Of a DNA stretch of 64,000 nucleotides, positions 37,080 to 49,597 are shown piece after piece. Below the pieces are notes generated by a model that had not been told where the DNA came from, did no database searches, and saw only the letters and a program-made list of their open reading frames with translations. The position numbers and the translations under genes are program-made. Position 1 is the first letter of the stretch. The number at the start of each line of letters is the position of its first letter. This stretch comes from Somniosus microcephalus (lineage: Eukaryota), in the NCBI GenBank assembly GCA_052327205.1, contig CM126233.1, forward strand, positions 3,472,001-3,536,000, given 5' to 3'.

Positions 37080-37870
37080 AGAAGTATGAAGTTACCCACA
37101 TTGGTAGAAAATATAGAGCAGTAGAATATTGCTAAAATGGTAGTAGGCTGGGAAAAGTTAGTATTCAGACAGACCTGGGTGTCCTTGCACCTGTATCACG
37201 GAATGTTAACATCTAGGTATAACAACTTACTGGGAATGCAAGTGCAACCATTTATTGCAATGGGACCATTGTACAAGAGTAAGTAAATATTTCTACAATT
37301 ATATCGGGCCTTAGTTGAGATCACACCTGGAGTAATGTGTATAATTTTGTTCTCCTTACATAAGGAAGGATACACTTGCTTAGCGGGAGTTGTACACTGT
37401 ATGAATAGAACTGCGTTTATGTGTTCAACCATGAATGTATTTTGATGCTTTGGCAACATAAGATGTACCTTATCATGCCAATAAAGCGATTTGAATTGAA
37501 TTGAATTGAATTGAATTGATGGAAGGTTCACGGGACTGATTCCTGATATGAGAGGATTGCCCTCCAAGGAGAGATTGAGTAGACTAAGCCTATAATCTCT
37601 CGAGTTTATAAAAAGGAGAGGTGATCACGTTGAACAATGTCACATTCTTAAAGGACTTGACAGGTTTGATGCTGGGAGGGGGTTTCCTCCTGGCTGGGGA
37701 GTCTAGAACGAGGGTTGACAGTCTCAGAATAAGGAGTCGGCCAATTAGGACTGAGATGAGGAGACATTTCTAAACCAAAGCATTGTGAACCTTTCGAATG
37801 ATCTACTCTAGAGATCTGTGGATGATGAGTCGTTGTGTATTTTCAAGACACAGATGGATGGATTTTTGAG
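37080..37870 (+). mobile_element. Old CR1 3' fragment containing a short LINE tail ending in (TTGAA)n near 37490-37518
   Basis: Degenerate DLGVL/RPHLEY coding; AATAAA followed by gaattgaattgaatt. Confidence 0.7.
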
Positions 37871-37872
37871 TA

Positions 37873-38239
37873 CAGGTAGTGCACCGGTAATCCGGCACCC
37901 GATGGTCCGGCACCTTCAGTGGTCCGGCACGAGGAAGGTCCTGCTGTCACATTCCCTCCCTGGGATGGATCTGGCTCGGGTCCTGGGACCGCCGCCGGGT
38001 CAGGATCAGCGCCTGGGCCGCGCAGCATCACCGACGGCTCGGCGGAGCAATGGAGCCCAAGCCCGAGCAGCCCGTGGGCGGCGGGGTTGGCGGCGGCACA
38101 GGGAGGGCAGCAGCAGGAAGAGGAGGAGCAGGTGGTGGCGGTGTTTGAGATGACTTTCGACACCTTCAGTGGTTCGGAACTTTCAGTGGTCCGGCACCGG
38201 CCTGGTCCCGAGGGTGCCGGATTACCGGAGTTGCACCTG
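37873..38239. mobile_element. Tc1/mariner-pogo (Tigger-like) MITE
   Basis: TIRs CAGGT..CCGGTAATCCGGCACC / GGTGCCGGATTACCGG..ACCTG flanked by TA; subterminal GTGGTCCGGCAC repeats. Confidence 0.85.
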
Positions 38240-38289
38240 TACTGAGGTAGTGGAATCACTTTCCATTCATGAAAATTGCCGAGACACAC

Positions 38290-39250
38290 GTTTTACAGCG
38301 CGCGTGCAGTCAATGGCATTCTGCACCTTGGGGAAGCATGCAATCCGTGCAATCCCTCATGCTCGCACCCGTTGCATGACTCCGACAAGAGGGAATGAGA
38401 TGAATCGTTCTATCTTTGCATAGAGAGCCTCAGTGATCTCCCTTATGCAGCAAACTGCAGGATGTTGCTTATATATCCAGTAGTCACCTGGAAGGAGGCA
38501 GATGGCTCAAAGTTAAGAGCAATGGTCTCCTTGATCGCCACAAGCAATGCAGTCCTTGCCCTGCTTTGAGGTTGCAGTTGTGGTTGCCGCAGTTAGCAGA
38601 TTTCAGTCACAAATTCTATAATGAAGCGAAAACGTCTCATGCATTGGCCCTTGCTGAAGTTGAGGTTAAAGAATGGCTCGCTTAAAGACCCAGGGCGGAT
38701 ATGGCCGCCTTCTGAGAGGCCTTCACCCCCACCTCCTCCGCCATCTTCTAGGACCTTGCCCTGCTCTGCGTGGCCGCTGCTCATTCTCCCAGTCATGCTC
38801 AATGCCAGGAGGAAGCCCTACTAGGTCACCCATGTCCAGAAGCAATTGTTTGGTGCACGTGCCTTAAAGTCACTTAAAGGTAATCCAGCAAAAGCTAGAC
38901 TGTAGACTATTGAAAGTGCGTAGAATTGCAAAAAGCCAGAAGCGGTAATCCAGCAACTAACATGCAGGTAGATGTTGCTCCCTTTAAGAAGTGCTGGTGG
39001 GCAGTCATTCAAGCCATTTAACGTCATGTTCAGCTGTGCAAGTTTAAGAGATGGCGTAAGGTGCAGCGTGCAGCTCCAAAATCGCAGGGCTGGCATCAAA
39101 TCAGCGTTCCACGCTGAACAACGTCATGATCTGTCTGCTCTGCATGCTGCCGGTGGCTGGACAGTGCCCGCGAGTCCCGGACGCCATTTTCCTAGATCAA
39201 GAGGCCGCGTAGCACCCAGAAAACGTGCGCTACAGAGCGCAATTTAGCCC
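38290..39250 (-). pseudogene. Harbinger transposon left end with a decayed HARBI1-like DDE transposase N-terminus
   Basis: Terminus GGGCTAAATT at 39250; minus-strand translation RRPYPP..QCMRRFRF..VTEIC..ALNF..SFQ..ITEAL..ISFP..FPKVQNAIDCT. Confidence 0.8.
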
Positions 39251-39279
39251 TCCAAGCTTTTTTTCCTTTTATATATATT

Positions 39280-40022
39280 GCCCCAGAAATTCGGGTCTCC
39301 ACGGGTGAGTACGCATGGGGTACTCACCTGTATGCCCAATGGAAGTGCTGGTTTCCTGCATGCACTTCTGTCCCCCTAAAAGAATGGGTTGACAGGTCGA
39401 ACTCGTGCACAGGAGAGGCAGCGCGTGCAATTCGAACTTACGTTTTTTTCGCAGGCTTTTCCCGGGAGGGTAAGTTAACAGAAGTTAGACATGTAAAAAG
39501 CAGTCGCAAGGCCTGCTTTTTACAAGATAAGTGGTGAATTAATTAAAATTAAAACTTTTTTCCCACAGGTTTATTATTTTTAAATAGTTTAAAGAAAGGT
39601 AAGTTTATTTTTAGCCCCGTTAGAAAATGTAATTAATTTTTTTTTTAAATTTAAATTATTGTTTAAAATAGTTATTTCATGCAATTTATAGTTTATTTTA
39701 CAAATGTGATGTTTTTTAAAAATTTATTTGAAGTTTTAGTGATGTTTTGGGGCTTAAAGTATTTATAGGTTTGACAGCTCTTCCTGTCAAAATTATGAAT
39801 GAAGCATTCCCTGCTACCATTGGCTCTCCATGGCCCACGTGATCCCAGGGGACGCTTCGAACTAACTGCGCCTCTGGGATACGCAAACACTGCGCGCCGG
39901 CAGTTGGAGGAGGCCCAGGATCGGAATCCCACGCGGGCCCACAGCTCAACGGCTGGCACGCTGGGTAAGTGCAGGTCGGGGGCTTGCGCCTGCGGGAAGC
40001 CCCCAACCCAAATTTCTGGGCC
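39280..40022 (+). mobile_element. Harbinger-type MITE
   Basis: TIRs GCCCCAGAAATT / AATTTCTGGGCC; flanks ATT/AGT; homologous to 49598-50335 and 55235-55998. Confidence 0.85.
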
Positions 40023-40071
40023 AGTGGGTATAAACACAGCAAGAAATCTGCAAAAAATCTCTTTTCCTTAC

Positions 40072-40098
40072 CCAGTTGTTCGAAGAGTAGATCAGCTT
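40072..40098 (-). CDS. Putative 27-nt phase-1 micro-exon (EADLLFEQL); 30 nt if the upstream AG of the TAGCAG acceptor is used
   Basis: cattccttttatttagcag|AAGCTG...AACTGG|gtaagg. Confidence 0.65.
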
Positions 40099-40419
40099 CT
40101 GCTAAATAAAAGGAATGAAAAAACACGCTGAAGCCTCCATGCGATGGAATTGCCAAGCATTTTACCTGTTGTAAGCGGAACAGATCAATATCAGCCTGCT
40201 GTGCCAATCATTGTGAGTCCCGTTTGAAGAAAAATGCATTTTGCTTTATATTTAGGTAATAGTGGCCCGGTAAAATAGTTATATAGGAACAAGAATAGGT
40301 TATTCAATCGCTCAAGCTTGTTCTGCCATTTAATTAGAGAACAGTGTATCTCCATCTTACCTCCATTTTTCCGGCTTAATTCTATAAGTATTAATAATGT
40401 TGCCTGAAAAAAACTCTAC

Positions 40420-41186
40420 CAATAGATTGGGAGAAGGGGAAGTGCAACGTGACCGGGGTGTCCTTGTGCACCAGTCGCTGAAGGTAAGCATGCAGGTGCA
40501 GCAGGCGGTTAAGAAGGCAAATGGTATGTTGGCCTTCATAGCGAGAGGATTCGAGTACAGGAACAAGGATGTCTTGCTGCAGTTGTACAGGGCCTTGGTG
40601 AGACCACATCTTGAGTATTGTGTGCAGTTTTGGTCGCCTTATCTGAGGACAGATGTTCTTGCCATGGAGGGAGTGCAGCGAAGATTCACCAGGCTGATAC
40701 CTGGGATGGCAGGAATGAGGTATGAGAAGAGATTGGGTCGATTGGGCTTATACTCGCTGGAGTTTAGAAGAATGAGAGGGGATCTCATTGAAATGTATAA
40801 AATTCTGACAGTACTGGACAGACTAGATGCAGGAAGGATGTTCCCGATGGCCGGGGAGTGCAGAACCAGGGGTCACAGTCTAAGGATAAGGGGTAAGCCA
40901 TTTAGGACAGAAATGAGGAGGGATTTCTTCACCCAGAGATTAGTGAACCTGTGGAATTCTCTACCACAGAAGGCAGTGGAGGCCAATTCATTAAATATAT
41001 TCAAGAAGGAGTTAGATATATTTCTTAAGGCTAAAGGGATCAAGGGATATGGGGAGAAGGCAGGAACAGGGTACTGAGTTTGGATGATCAGCCATGATCG
41101 CATTGAATGGCGGCGCAGGCTTGAGGGGCCAAATGGCCTGCTCCTGCTCCTATCTTCTATGTTTCTACATTTCTATGTTTCTATGT
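40420..41186 (+). mobile_element. Young 5'-truncated CR1 inserted in an older antisense CR1 (about 40285-41612)
   Basis: Open RT C-terminus ending KGYGEKAGTGY; (TTTCTATG)n tail. Confidence 0.92.
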
Positions 41187-41727
41187 TAATCACAGTTTTG
41201 ACATTTTAAATTGACCTAGCGTCAACAGATATTCAATGGAGAAAGTTCCAGATTTCCATTAGCTTTGTGTGAAGAAGTGCTTCATGGCATCAATCCTGAA
41301 CGGCCTATTTCTAAGATTATATCCATGCCCCCTGATCTGGATATTCCACACCAGATGAAATATATACTCTCTATTTATACTATTAATTCTCTCTAAGCAT
41401 CTTAAACAGCTCAATTTGATCACACTTAACTTTTATACAATGAAATACAAGACTAGTCTAAGCAAGCTGTCCTTACAATGTAACCCATGTAGACAATGTT
41501 TGAATCTGCCCGGCATCCACTCCAAAGCCAATGTGCCCTGCCTGAGATGTGGGGCCGAGAACTGAATGCAATACTCCAGATGGCTCAAGCGAGAGCTTTC
41601 GATAATGGAAGAATGGGCCATACGTTGCAACCCCTGGGGGTGCGTAGGAGGTGCGCATGCGCCCGTATGTGCCGAAAACATTCCAGGGTTAGGCATGCGA
41701 AGCGCGTGCGCTAAAACCCGGAAATGT

Positions 41728-43940
41728 GTGAGTACGGTCGGGTTACTCACGCATCTGGCCGTTGGAAATGCCGGTGTTCAGCAGGAACAGCGCATGCGGG
41801 GAACGCCAGCATTTCCAGACCCGAGGTCTATTCACAGCGCGTGCGACTGCACAGGCAGCGCTTGCGCAGTGAACTTTGTAGATTTCACTGATGGATTCAG
41901 TGAGGGTAAGTCTCTAGAACTTGCACTTAAAAAAAAGCAAGTGTAAAGTTGTTCATTGGCTGGGGAAGGAGATATATTTTATGGAGGAGCTTATGAAATG
42001 CAATATTTAGGTTTGGGAAAGGGAGGGAAGTTATTTTAAGAAATTTTAACTAAGTTTTAAACTTTAATTTTTTTTTTTTAAACGGGTTTTCAGAACGGTA
42101 GGTAGAAGGAGCAATTGTGGCTGTGTGAATGGAATGTGAGAATGAGTTATGTATGTATGTCCACATATATTCCTTTACGTATATGTATGTATGTTTTATA
42201 TTCCTTTACTAATGTGTATGAATGTATATTTTTAATTATGATTTTCCAATAAGTTACTTTCTCTGAAAGTCATAATTAAATAATACATTCATACACATAA
42301 GTAAAGGAATATATACATAACACGCAAAGGAATATATACAGACATACATACTTTCAGAAGCTCCACGATAAGAAATATCTTCCTCCGCAGCCTCTGGAGC
42401 AACTGTACCCATGCTTTTTTCATGTGTAAGTTGTAATGACTGGACCTCACTGAAAGCATTAATGAAAGCGGCGAATTATACTGCGCACGCGCTGCATGTG
42501 CAGTCGCACGCGTTCTGCCTCTGAACCCCTTCGTTCAGAGGACAGGAAATGCCGGTTTTCCCCACATGCACTGTGCATGCTGAAAACCGGCATTTCATCC
42601 GGCCAGATGCGTAAGTACCCCGACCGTACTAGCGCATTTGGAAGGGAATTACTGGGCCAACATTTTACATGTCAATAAAATAAAAAATTTAACAATTGCA
42701 CAACTTGCCCCCTCGCATCTGCGACTGAGGGTCCAAGGAGGTGCATTGCGCAAGAGGTCATCATCGTACGTATCCTCACACTGTTCCCTTTGGGGAACTG
42801 TATGAAGTGGTGGAAGGATTTATGGCCGTGATTAACGCTCATTCCGTGACCGTAACCATCTTTGAACCAGCTATTAGGGTGGTTAATCCTATGGCGGGCG
42901 GGTTTTACGGGCTCCCACAACCCATCTGAGGGGGGGGGTGCCACCAACACCCACGGACGCAAGCATCCCGCTGGATGTCCACCCAGAATTTAAGGTTGGA
43001 GCTCCGACTCCACTTGCCGGGACTGTCTGGAGTGGGGTTCAAAACCCTACTCCTTCTGGCCCAGCGGCGGGGATGCTTACTGCTACGCAAAAGGCCCACT
43101 CCGCACAAAAGGTGACACCCATACGTTTCCTGCGCCTTTTCCCTCCCCGTGACTGGAGCCCTATGCTGCCATTTCACGTTGCTAATTGGATTGGGCCTTT
43201 GTCATAGCGGTAGGATCCCCGCCGCTGGGCCAGATCAGGGTAGGGTTTCGAACCCCGCTCCAGACAGTCCCGGCAAGTGGAGTCGGAGCTCCGGCTCTAA
43301 ATTCTGGGTTGACATCCAGTGTAGCTTGTGGGAGCCCGTAAAACCCTCCCGCCATAGGACTAACCGCCCTAATGGCTGGTTCAAAGATGGTTACGGTCAC
43401 GGAATGAGCGTTAATCATGGCCATAAATCCTTCCACCACTTCATACAGTTCCCCAAAGGGAACAGTGTGAAGACACGTATGATGACGACATTGCTAAATA
43501 AATAAATGGAATTTAAAAAAATTCTTTTAGGGCTTTTAAAAGTCTTTAAATTGCTTTAATTCTCTTTAAAACTACTTCAGATTACTCAAAATAATGTAAA
43601 CATTTAAAAAAGTTTATAAAAGTTACCAAAATCTTCAAAAAACTTCCAAAAACCCATTTAAACTGCTGCTTTGCATGTAAAAATCCTTAGCAGCTTGACA
43701 GAAACATTGGGGGCATGTCCACTGAAACTGAGACCTCAAGGGGCGTGTCTAACTTACACTGCACGCTCCTGGCTTCGCGCTGGCTGCACTCCTGGGCGGC
43801 GTGACGTCATACGCTGCCCGGGAATGTGCTTTCTATTTCTGCAAGTTCAGGCGTCCCAGAAGCTGATCGGCACGAGCGCGGGGTAAATGCAAATACGGGG
43901 CTTGCACGCGCTGCAAGCCCCGTTCTGGAATTTCTGGGCC
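41728..43940 (+). mobile_element. Composite Harbinger-type unit, copy 1 (long-TIR MITE, foldback, right end of a second MITE)
   Basis: Collinear with 50339-52366; internal end ACTGGGCC at 42658; final end GAATTTCTGGGCC|AAT. Confidence 0.8.
42756..43490. repeat. Foldback (long inverted repeat) with 300-345-bp arms and a loop of about 85 bp
   Basis: 42756-43101 is the reverse complement of 43188-43490, apart from a deletion in the right arm at 43320. Confidence 0.9.
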
Positions 43941-45399
43941 AATGCATCCCCAGGAAAGGGCCTCAGCGGGCGGAGGGTTACGCTATTTGCCCAACTTCTG
44001 CCCGGCGACTGCCCGTACATTTCTTACGCCTGGTAAAAGCAGGCATAAACTCTGCCTTTACCTGCGTAAGAGTTTTAAAAAACATTGTTTGCATTCTTTT
44101 AAACATTAAAACACATGTACAATAAGGTAAGTTTATGTTTAGACCACTTAAATTAAATACATTTATTTTTCAATTGTATTTTAATTAATTTTAAATATGT
44201 AACATTTTTTAACATTTGTTATGTTAAATCTACTTTTATTTCATCCCTATTCATGCTTATGTAGGTTCCGTACAAACCAAATCTCCAGAAGTATTAATGG
44301 GAAATTCTTTGATTGTTTAGGCAAACCCACGTGATCCCAGGGGCGCTTGCGAACCACCTGCGCCGCTGGGGTACGTGTGCATCTACGCAGTCCTGCCAAT
44401 GTCTGAACGTTCAGTACCATCGGGTAAGTCCGTTGAATTTTTGCTGGTCGGGTGCATCCGTCCGCAGGGAGCCTCCAGTAACTTCCACCACTTTGTCCTT
44501 GGTAAGCAGTCCCAGAGCAATGTCGTCCCCGCTGGGAACAGGATGATGAAAGGCTACGTTGAGCAGGTCCCCTAGTAACCAACTGGAAATCTAGTATTTA
44601 AAATAAAACCGGCGGGGGACGTTACTATTTCTTTAATTTGCATTCTGTCCTTGAACTGCTCCCAGTTAAATTTGGTTATGGAAATGTTAGCGGAGGTTAA
44701 CTGAATTTCTTGGGCATTAACAGGAAACTGGAAATTTTAGTGGAATGTCCATTTGCTTCCAGCCAAAGTGATCTTGTCTCTGAAGTTTTTACATCACCAC
44801 CAAAAACAAGATAATCTGGATATGGAGATCGGGAACTCTCTCTCGCAACAAGCTGTGGAGATTAGGGGGTCAATTGAAAATTGAAAAACTGGGAGTAATA
44901 GATTATTAAGCTATTTGTTAGGGTAGATAGAGATAAACTGTTTCCTCTGGTGTGGGAGCTCAGAAGCTAGCGGCATAACCTTGAAATTAGAGCTCGGCTG
45001 TTATGGGGTGATTTAGGGAAGCACTGCCTCACACAAAGCGTAGAGGAAATATAAATTCCTCTCCCCAGTAAGCAGTTCAACCTTGGCCAACTGTAGGGTT
45101 CAAACTAGAGATTGATAGAGTTTTGACAGGCAGAAGTATGAAAGGTTACAGAACCAAGGTGGGCAGACGGAGCTCTGATACACATCAGCCACAACCTAAC
45201 TGAAAGGCGGAACAGCATCGAGCGGCTGCAATTACTTAGTCCTTGCTCTTCCTATGTTAGCAGATCAGCCTGAAGGCAATGTCTGAATATACTGACTCTC
45301 AGTGATGTCAGAACACTGGCGCGGAACTCTCGCGATATCCCGTCGCTAATGGTTGTACTTTGCATCCCTCCCACATGAGGAAGCATCTCAGCATTGTAC

Positions 45400-45426
45400 C
45401 TGCATTCGGGTAATTATGTGTTTTTC
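45400..45426 (-). CDS. Putative 27-nt phase-1 micro-exon (GKTHNYPNA)
   Basis: gctgttttctcttgcag|GAAAAA...ATGCAG|gtacaa. Confidence 0.6.
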
Positions 45427-46892
45427 CTGCAAGAGAAAACAGCAATCATTACATGTTGTACAACCTCAGGTTTGAAGTTGAATTATTTTCTTTCCGGCAG
45501 TGGAACCTGAGCAAAATTTTGGAAGAACAACGCCAGGCAATGCTCGCATGATCACGTGTTTGTCCGGCCTGTAGTGATGGATGAATACTAATTTTCGTAC
45601 TATTACTATTGAGTAGACTGACGCCATTGTCTTGTGTCTCATCTGTTCCATGAGATAGCGAAATAAGTTTCTCTTGACTTCCCTATTCGATTGATTGCTG
45701 ATTATCTTCACTTGATGGACCCCAGTTTTGATTTTCGCACGAGATGAAAGTTTTTCGCCATATTTGAAGTTTCGAGCACCCCTCATAATTTTAAAGACTT
45801 CTATTAGGTCAACCTTCGGCCTTCACTTTCCTAAATAAAAAATACCCCTGGGTGATCAACCTTGTCTGATCGTTCTACACTCTCAGATCTTGTGTCATCT
45901 CTCTTTGTCATGTTTGCCCCCTCTCCCGTGGAAAACATCATGACATTAAAGAAAACAATGAATGGGGAATGAGGAGCAATTGGCAACATAGATTTGGAGT
46001 ACAGTCACAGACAGGAAGTGTTCGCTACGGAGAAAGTGCAAATATCAGGAGGGAATATACCAGTGGAGGCAACGTATGGCTTAATGCTCAGGTAAGTTAC
46101 ATCAAAAAGATGCGTTAGATTCAGTACCTTATGGGAATGGCGATTTCGCGGATGTTACGGCCACTAAGACCGTAATATTAACTGTGGCCCATGTTGTATT
46201 TCGGGACATATGAAATTAGCGACGCATTGAAAAACATGCCGGATGCTCCTTTGCATTCAAGTCAACGGAAGGCAAACCAGGCTGGGTGTATATTGTTCGG
46301 CGAATTCGATGGTGGCTACTTTGCACCATATCTGAAGGATAAACAAGCCCGCAAGGTGCCGGATTAAACTGTGTGCACTTTATTGGCCACTCGTTTACAC
46401 AAGTAATCATTTTATTTCCCATTGACCCGGTAAATCAGCTCGCGTAGAGCATTAATTAACAAGATGGAGCAGTTATCTTAGAATCCTAGATTGGTACAGC
46501 GCAGAATTAGGCCATTCGCCCCTTTGTGCCTGTACTGGTACTTTAACAAATCCGATCCAATCAGTCCCACTGCACCACACTTTCCCGATACATCTGGAAT
46601 AATCGCCTCCAACTCAAGTTTTTATCCAATTCCCATGGAGTTATTAATGAATCTGCTTCCACCACGCATTATGAAAGTGCGTTTCTCATCATAACAACGC
46701 GCTCCATCACAGAAATTCTACTCAGTTCGCCTGTGGTTCTTGTGCCAATTAACATTTGTGTCCTCTGCTTACCGACCCCTCTGCCATGAGAAACTTCTTC
46801 TCCCTGGTTACTCTGTGAATACCCTTCATGGTTTTGAGCACCTCTTTTTAATCTCCCCTTAACATGCTGTGTGCTAAGGACCACCATCCCAG

Positions 46893-47628
46893 TCCAACGC
46901 CACCTTCAGTGTGCCAGTGCAGCCTCCGGTCGCCTGAGGAAGAGAGTGTTTGAAGATCAGGACCTCAAACCCGGCACTAAGCTCATGGCCTACAGAGCAG
47001 CAGTGATACCGGCCCTGCTGTATGCCTCAGAGACATGGACCATGTACAGCAGGCACCTCAAAGCACTGGAGAGGTACCACCAACGCTGCCTCTGCAAGAT
47101 CCTGCAAATCCATTGACAGGATAGCTGCGCCAACGTCAGTGTTCCTGCTCAGGCCAACATCCCCAGCATCGAAGCTTTGACCACGCTCAATCAGCTCCGA
47201 TGGATGGGTCACATTGTCCGCATGCCCGATACAAGACTCCCAATACAAGCGCTCTACTTGGAGCTCCGACACAGCAAGAGAGCCCCAGGTGGGCAGAGGA
47301 AATGCTTCAAGGACACCCTCAAATCCTCCTTGAAAAAGTGCAACATCCCCATCGACACCTGGGAATCCCTGGCCCAAGACCACGCAAAGTGGAGGAGAAG
47401 CATCCGGGAAGGCGCCAAACACCTTGAGTCTCTTCGCCGGGAGCAAGCGGAAGCCAAGCACAGGCAGTGCAAGGAGCACACGTCAACTCAAGCACCCCAC
47501 CCACCCACCCCTTCAACCACCTGTGACAGAGACTGTAGGTCCCGCATTGGACTCATCAGTCACCTGCAACCTCATTCTTAATGTGGAAACAAGTCATCCT
47601 CGGTTCCGAGGGACTGCCTAAGAAAAAG
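46893..47628 (+). mobile_element. RTE-clade LINE, 5'-truncated, inside an old antisense CR1
   Basis: TKLMAYRAAVIPALLYASETW, QLRWMGHIVRMPDTRLP; 10-bp TSD ACCATCCCAG (46883-46892, 47629-47638). Confidence 0.9.
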
Positions 47629-47991
47629 ACCATCCCAGCTGCTCTAGCCTCTCTGTCTAACTGAAGTCGCTCATCCTTTTTACCATTCTAGTAAATTCCC
47701 TCTACACCCCCTCAAAGGCCTTGACATCCTTCCTAAAACCCATGCCCAAAATTTCACAAAACGTTCCTACCGGGGACTAACCAGTTATTCCGAACGGACT
47801 GAGGATGTGCAATAAATTCTATTTAAATCCTAGGTAAACCAGCAGAAGTTGTGTGATCTAAGAAAGTTATTTCTTGTTGCTGAGCATTGCTTTTAGACAC
47901 CTCATCCGTCACTAAGAATACAATTAATATTCCAAATAAGAGGGTTGCTTAGCACACAAGAGTGCAAAGAAACTATTAAGTAACCCTTTAC

Positions 47992-48018
47992 CTGACTTAC
48001 CAGGAGTCGACGCTTCGC
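47992..48018 (-). CDS. Putative 27-nt phase-1 micro-exon (GEASTPGKS); an alternative internal donor gives 18 nt
   Basis: tatatttccag|GCGAAG...CCTG(gtaagt)CAG|gtaaag; resembles exon 54899-54925. Confidence 0.55.
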
Positions 48019-48449
48019 CTGGAAATATAGGTCCGGAATTTACGATCAGTGGTGAATGTTATGTTGAGGGAATGACACCCCACATTTGTAAAATTCGTAT
48101 TTCAGTGCCCGAGAGGTTCTTCAGCAGTAATCATGACTTAGTACGAAGTTAAAATGTCCATTAAATGAAATTCAACAAGTCTTAACCTTCTCGTGTATTT
48201 TACAGTGAGAATAATGCATAAAAGGTCAACGTCACATAAAATCACTAATTCTGTGGAGATTGCATCTGCAAAAAATATAGATGAGCCTGCTCTCAACGAT
48301 AGCAACTTCTGGATTTTTGCATTTAACTGTGGATGTATGGATGGCAAATTTTCCTATCTGTTTTGCCCAGTGAAAATGACTGACAGTTTCACTGCCATTA
48401 CAACAGCGAATATATCTGTAATAGTCAGTAAAGGTTTTATTTCCGATTG

Positions 48450-48945
48450 AACAACAACTTGCATGTGTATAGCTCCTTTTAAGTTAGTAAAATGTCCATT
48501 GGGAGCGTTGTCAAACACGATTTGGCGCAAATCTACACAAGGAGATAATAAGCCAGGTTAAGAACTGCTTGGGCAAATAGGTAGGTGTTAAGGAGTGAAA
48601 AGAGGATTGAGAAGTTGAGAGATGAAGCGGTTTTGTGAGGGAATTACAATGCTTAGTAACTAGGCAGCTGAAGGAATGCCGTCAATGGTGGGATGATGAA
48701 AATCAGGGATGTGCATGTTTCCCGAATTGGAGGGATGCAGAGACTGTAGGGCTGGGGAATTTTACACAGATAGGGGGACGTGAGGCAGTGGAGGGATTTG
48801 AAAACAAGGATTAGACTGTTGTAATTAATGATTGATGGACTGGGATCCAACAGATGTCAGCGAGCACAGGGTTCGTGTTTGAATGAGTGTGATTTGGGAG
48901 ATGACCAGCAGAGGTTTTGATGAGCTTAAGTTTACGGGGGTGTAT
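48450..48945 (-). mobile_element. L2-type LINE 3' fragment
   Basis: PVLADICWIPV..ILVFKSLHCLTSPYL; similar to 20380-20890. Confidence 0.7.
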
Positions 48946-49594
48946 GCTAAGCACATGCGCTGAAAATCGGTATATCCGATCTGTCGAGAATGCTCTTGAT
49001 GCCTGCCCTGGAGAAGGGCCTCTGTGGGGGTGGGGGGAGATTACTGCTTTCTGGAGAACCACCGACCGCATAGAACAATTAGCAAACTTTTGCACGGCTT
49101 TTACCAGCAAAAGACTTGAAGAAAGTTTAAAAAAAAGTGAACTCATTTATCATTTAATAATTCTTTTAAAAAAGGTAAGTTCATTTTTAGCCCTGTAAAA
49201 AAATTTAATTATTTTTTCCAAAAATTTTTCTTTTTCTTTGAAATATTTAATTTATTGTAATTTCAACTCATTTCAGAAATGTGATGCATTTTAAAACATG
49301 TATTTAATGTTTTACTGTGTTTTTGGGGTGATCGCCATTCATATATTTGTCAGATCTATCTGTCAAGAATATGAAGGGAAATTTCCTTCTCCTATTGGCT
49401 CCCCATGGCACACGTGATCCCAGGGACGCGTGCGAACCGCATGCGCCTCTGGGATACGTGGGTCCTGCGCATTTCGAGTTTGGAGAGACCCCGGATTGGA
49501 AGTATACGCACCTCGGCAGCCCTCAGGTAAGTTCGTAGATTTTTTTCGGAACAGAGACCTCCGCACACAAGCCTCCGATTGGAAAATGCGGGCC
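48945..49594 (+). mobile_element. Harbinger-type MITE lacking its left tip
   Basis: Ends GAAAATGCGGGCC|ATT; shares the CACGTGATCCCAGGG cassette with the other MITEs. Confidence 0.6.
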
Positions 49595-49597
49595 ATT

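Larger units (their letters stand above)
41615..44489 (+). mobile_element. Harbinger-type MITE (41615-41727 and 43941-~44489) interrupted by the composite element
   Basis: AAT|GGGCCA start; the two halves resemble 48945-49594. Confidence 0.55.

Noticed and set aside
37919-38245. GC-rich ORFs with poly-Glu/Gln
   Set aside because: Internal to a 367-bp TA-flanked MITE
40166-40195. 30-nt candidate exon ADIDLFRLQQ
   Set aside because: Only open in a non-phase-1 frame (stop in phase 1) and has a poor acceptor
40361-40381. 21-nt candidate exon (tag|AATTAAGCCGGAAAAATGGAG|gtaaga)
   Set aside because: Lies within a degenerate CR1 3' end and has a weak pyrimidine tract; probably chance, though exonisation is not excluded
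42756-42770. CATCATC at the foldback terminus resembling adenovirus/Polinton ITR starts
   Set aside because: Too short, not at a defined terminus, no 6-bp TSD and no viral genes
42672-43505. ORFs with a repeated HPNSWFKDGYGHGMSVNHGHKSFHHF peptide on both strands
   Set aside because: A consequence of the inverted repeat; no coding signature
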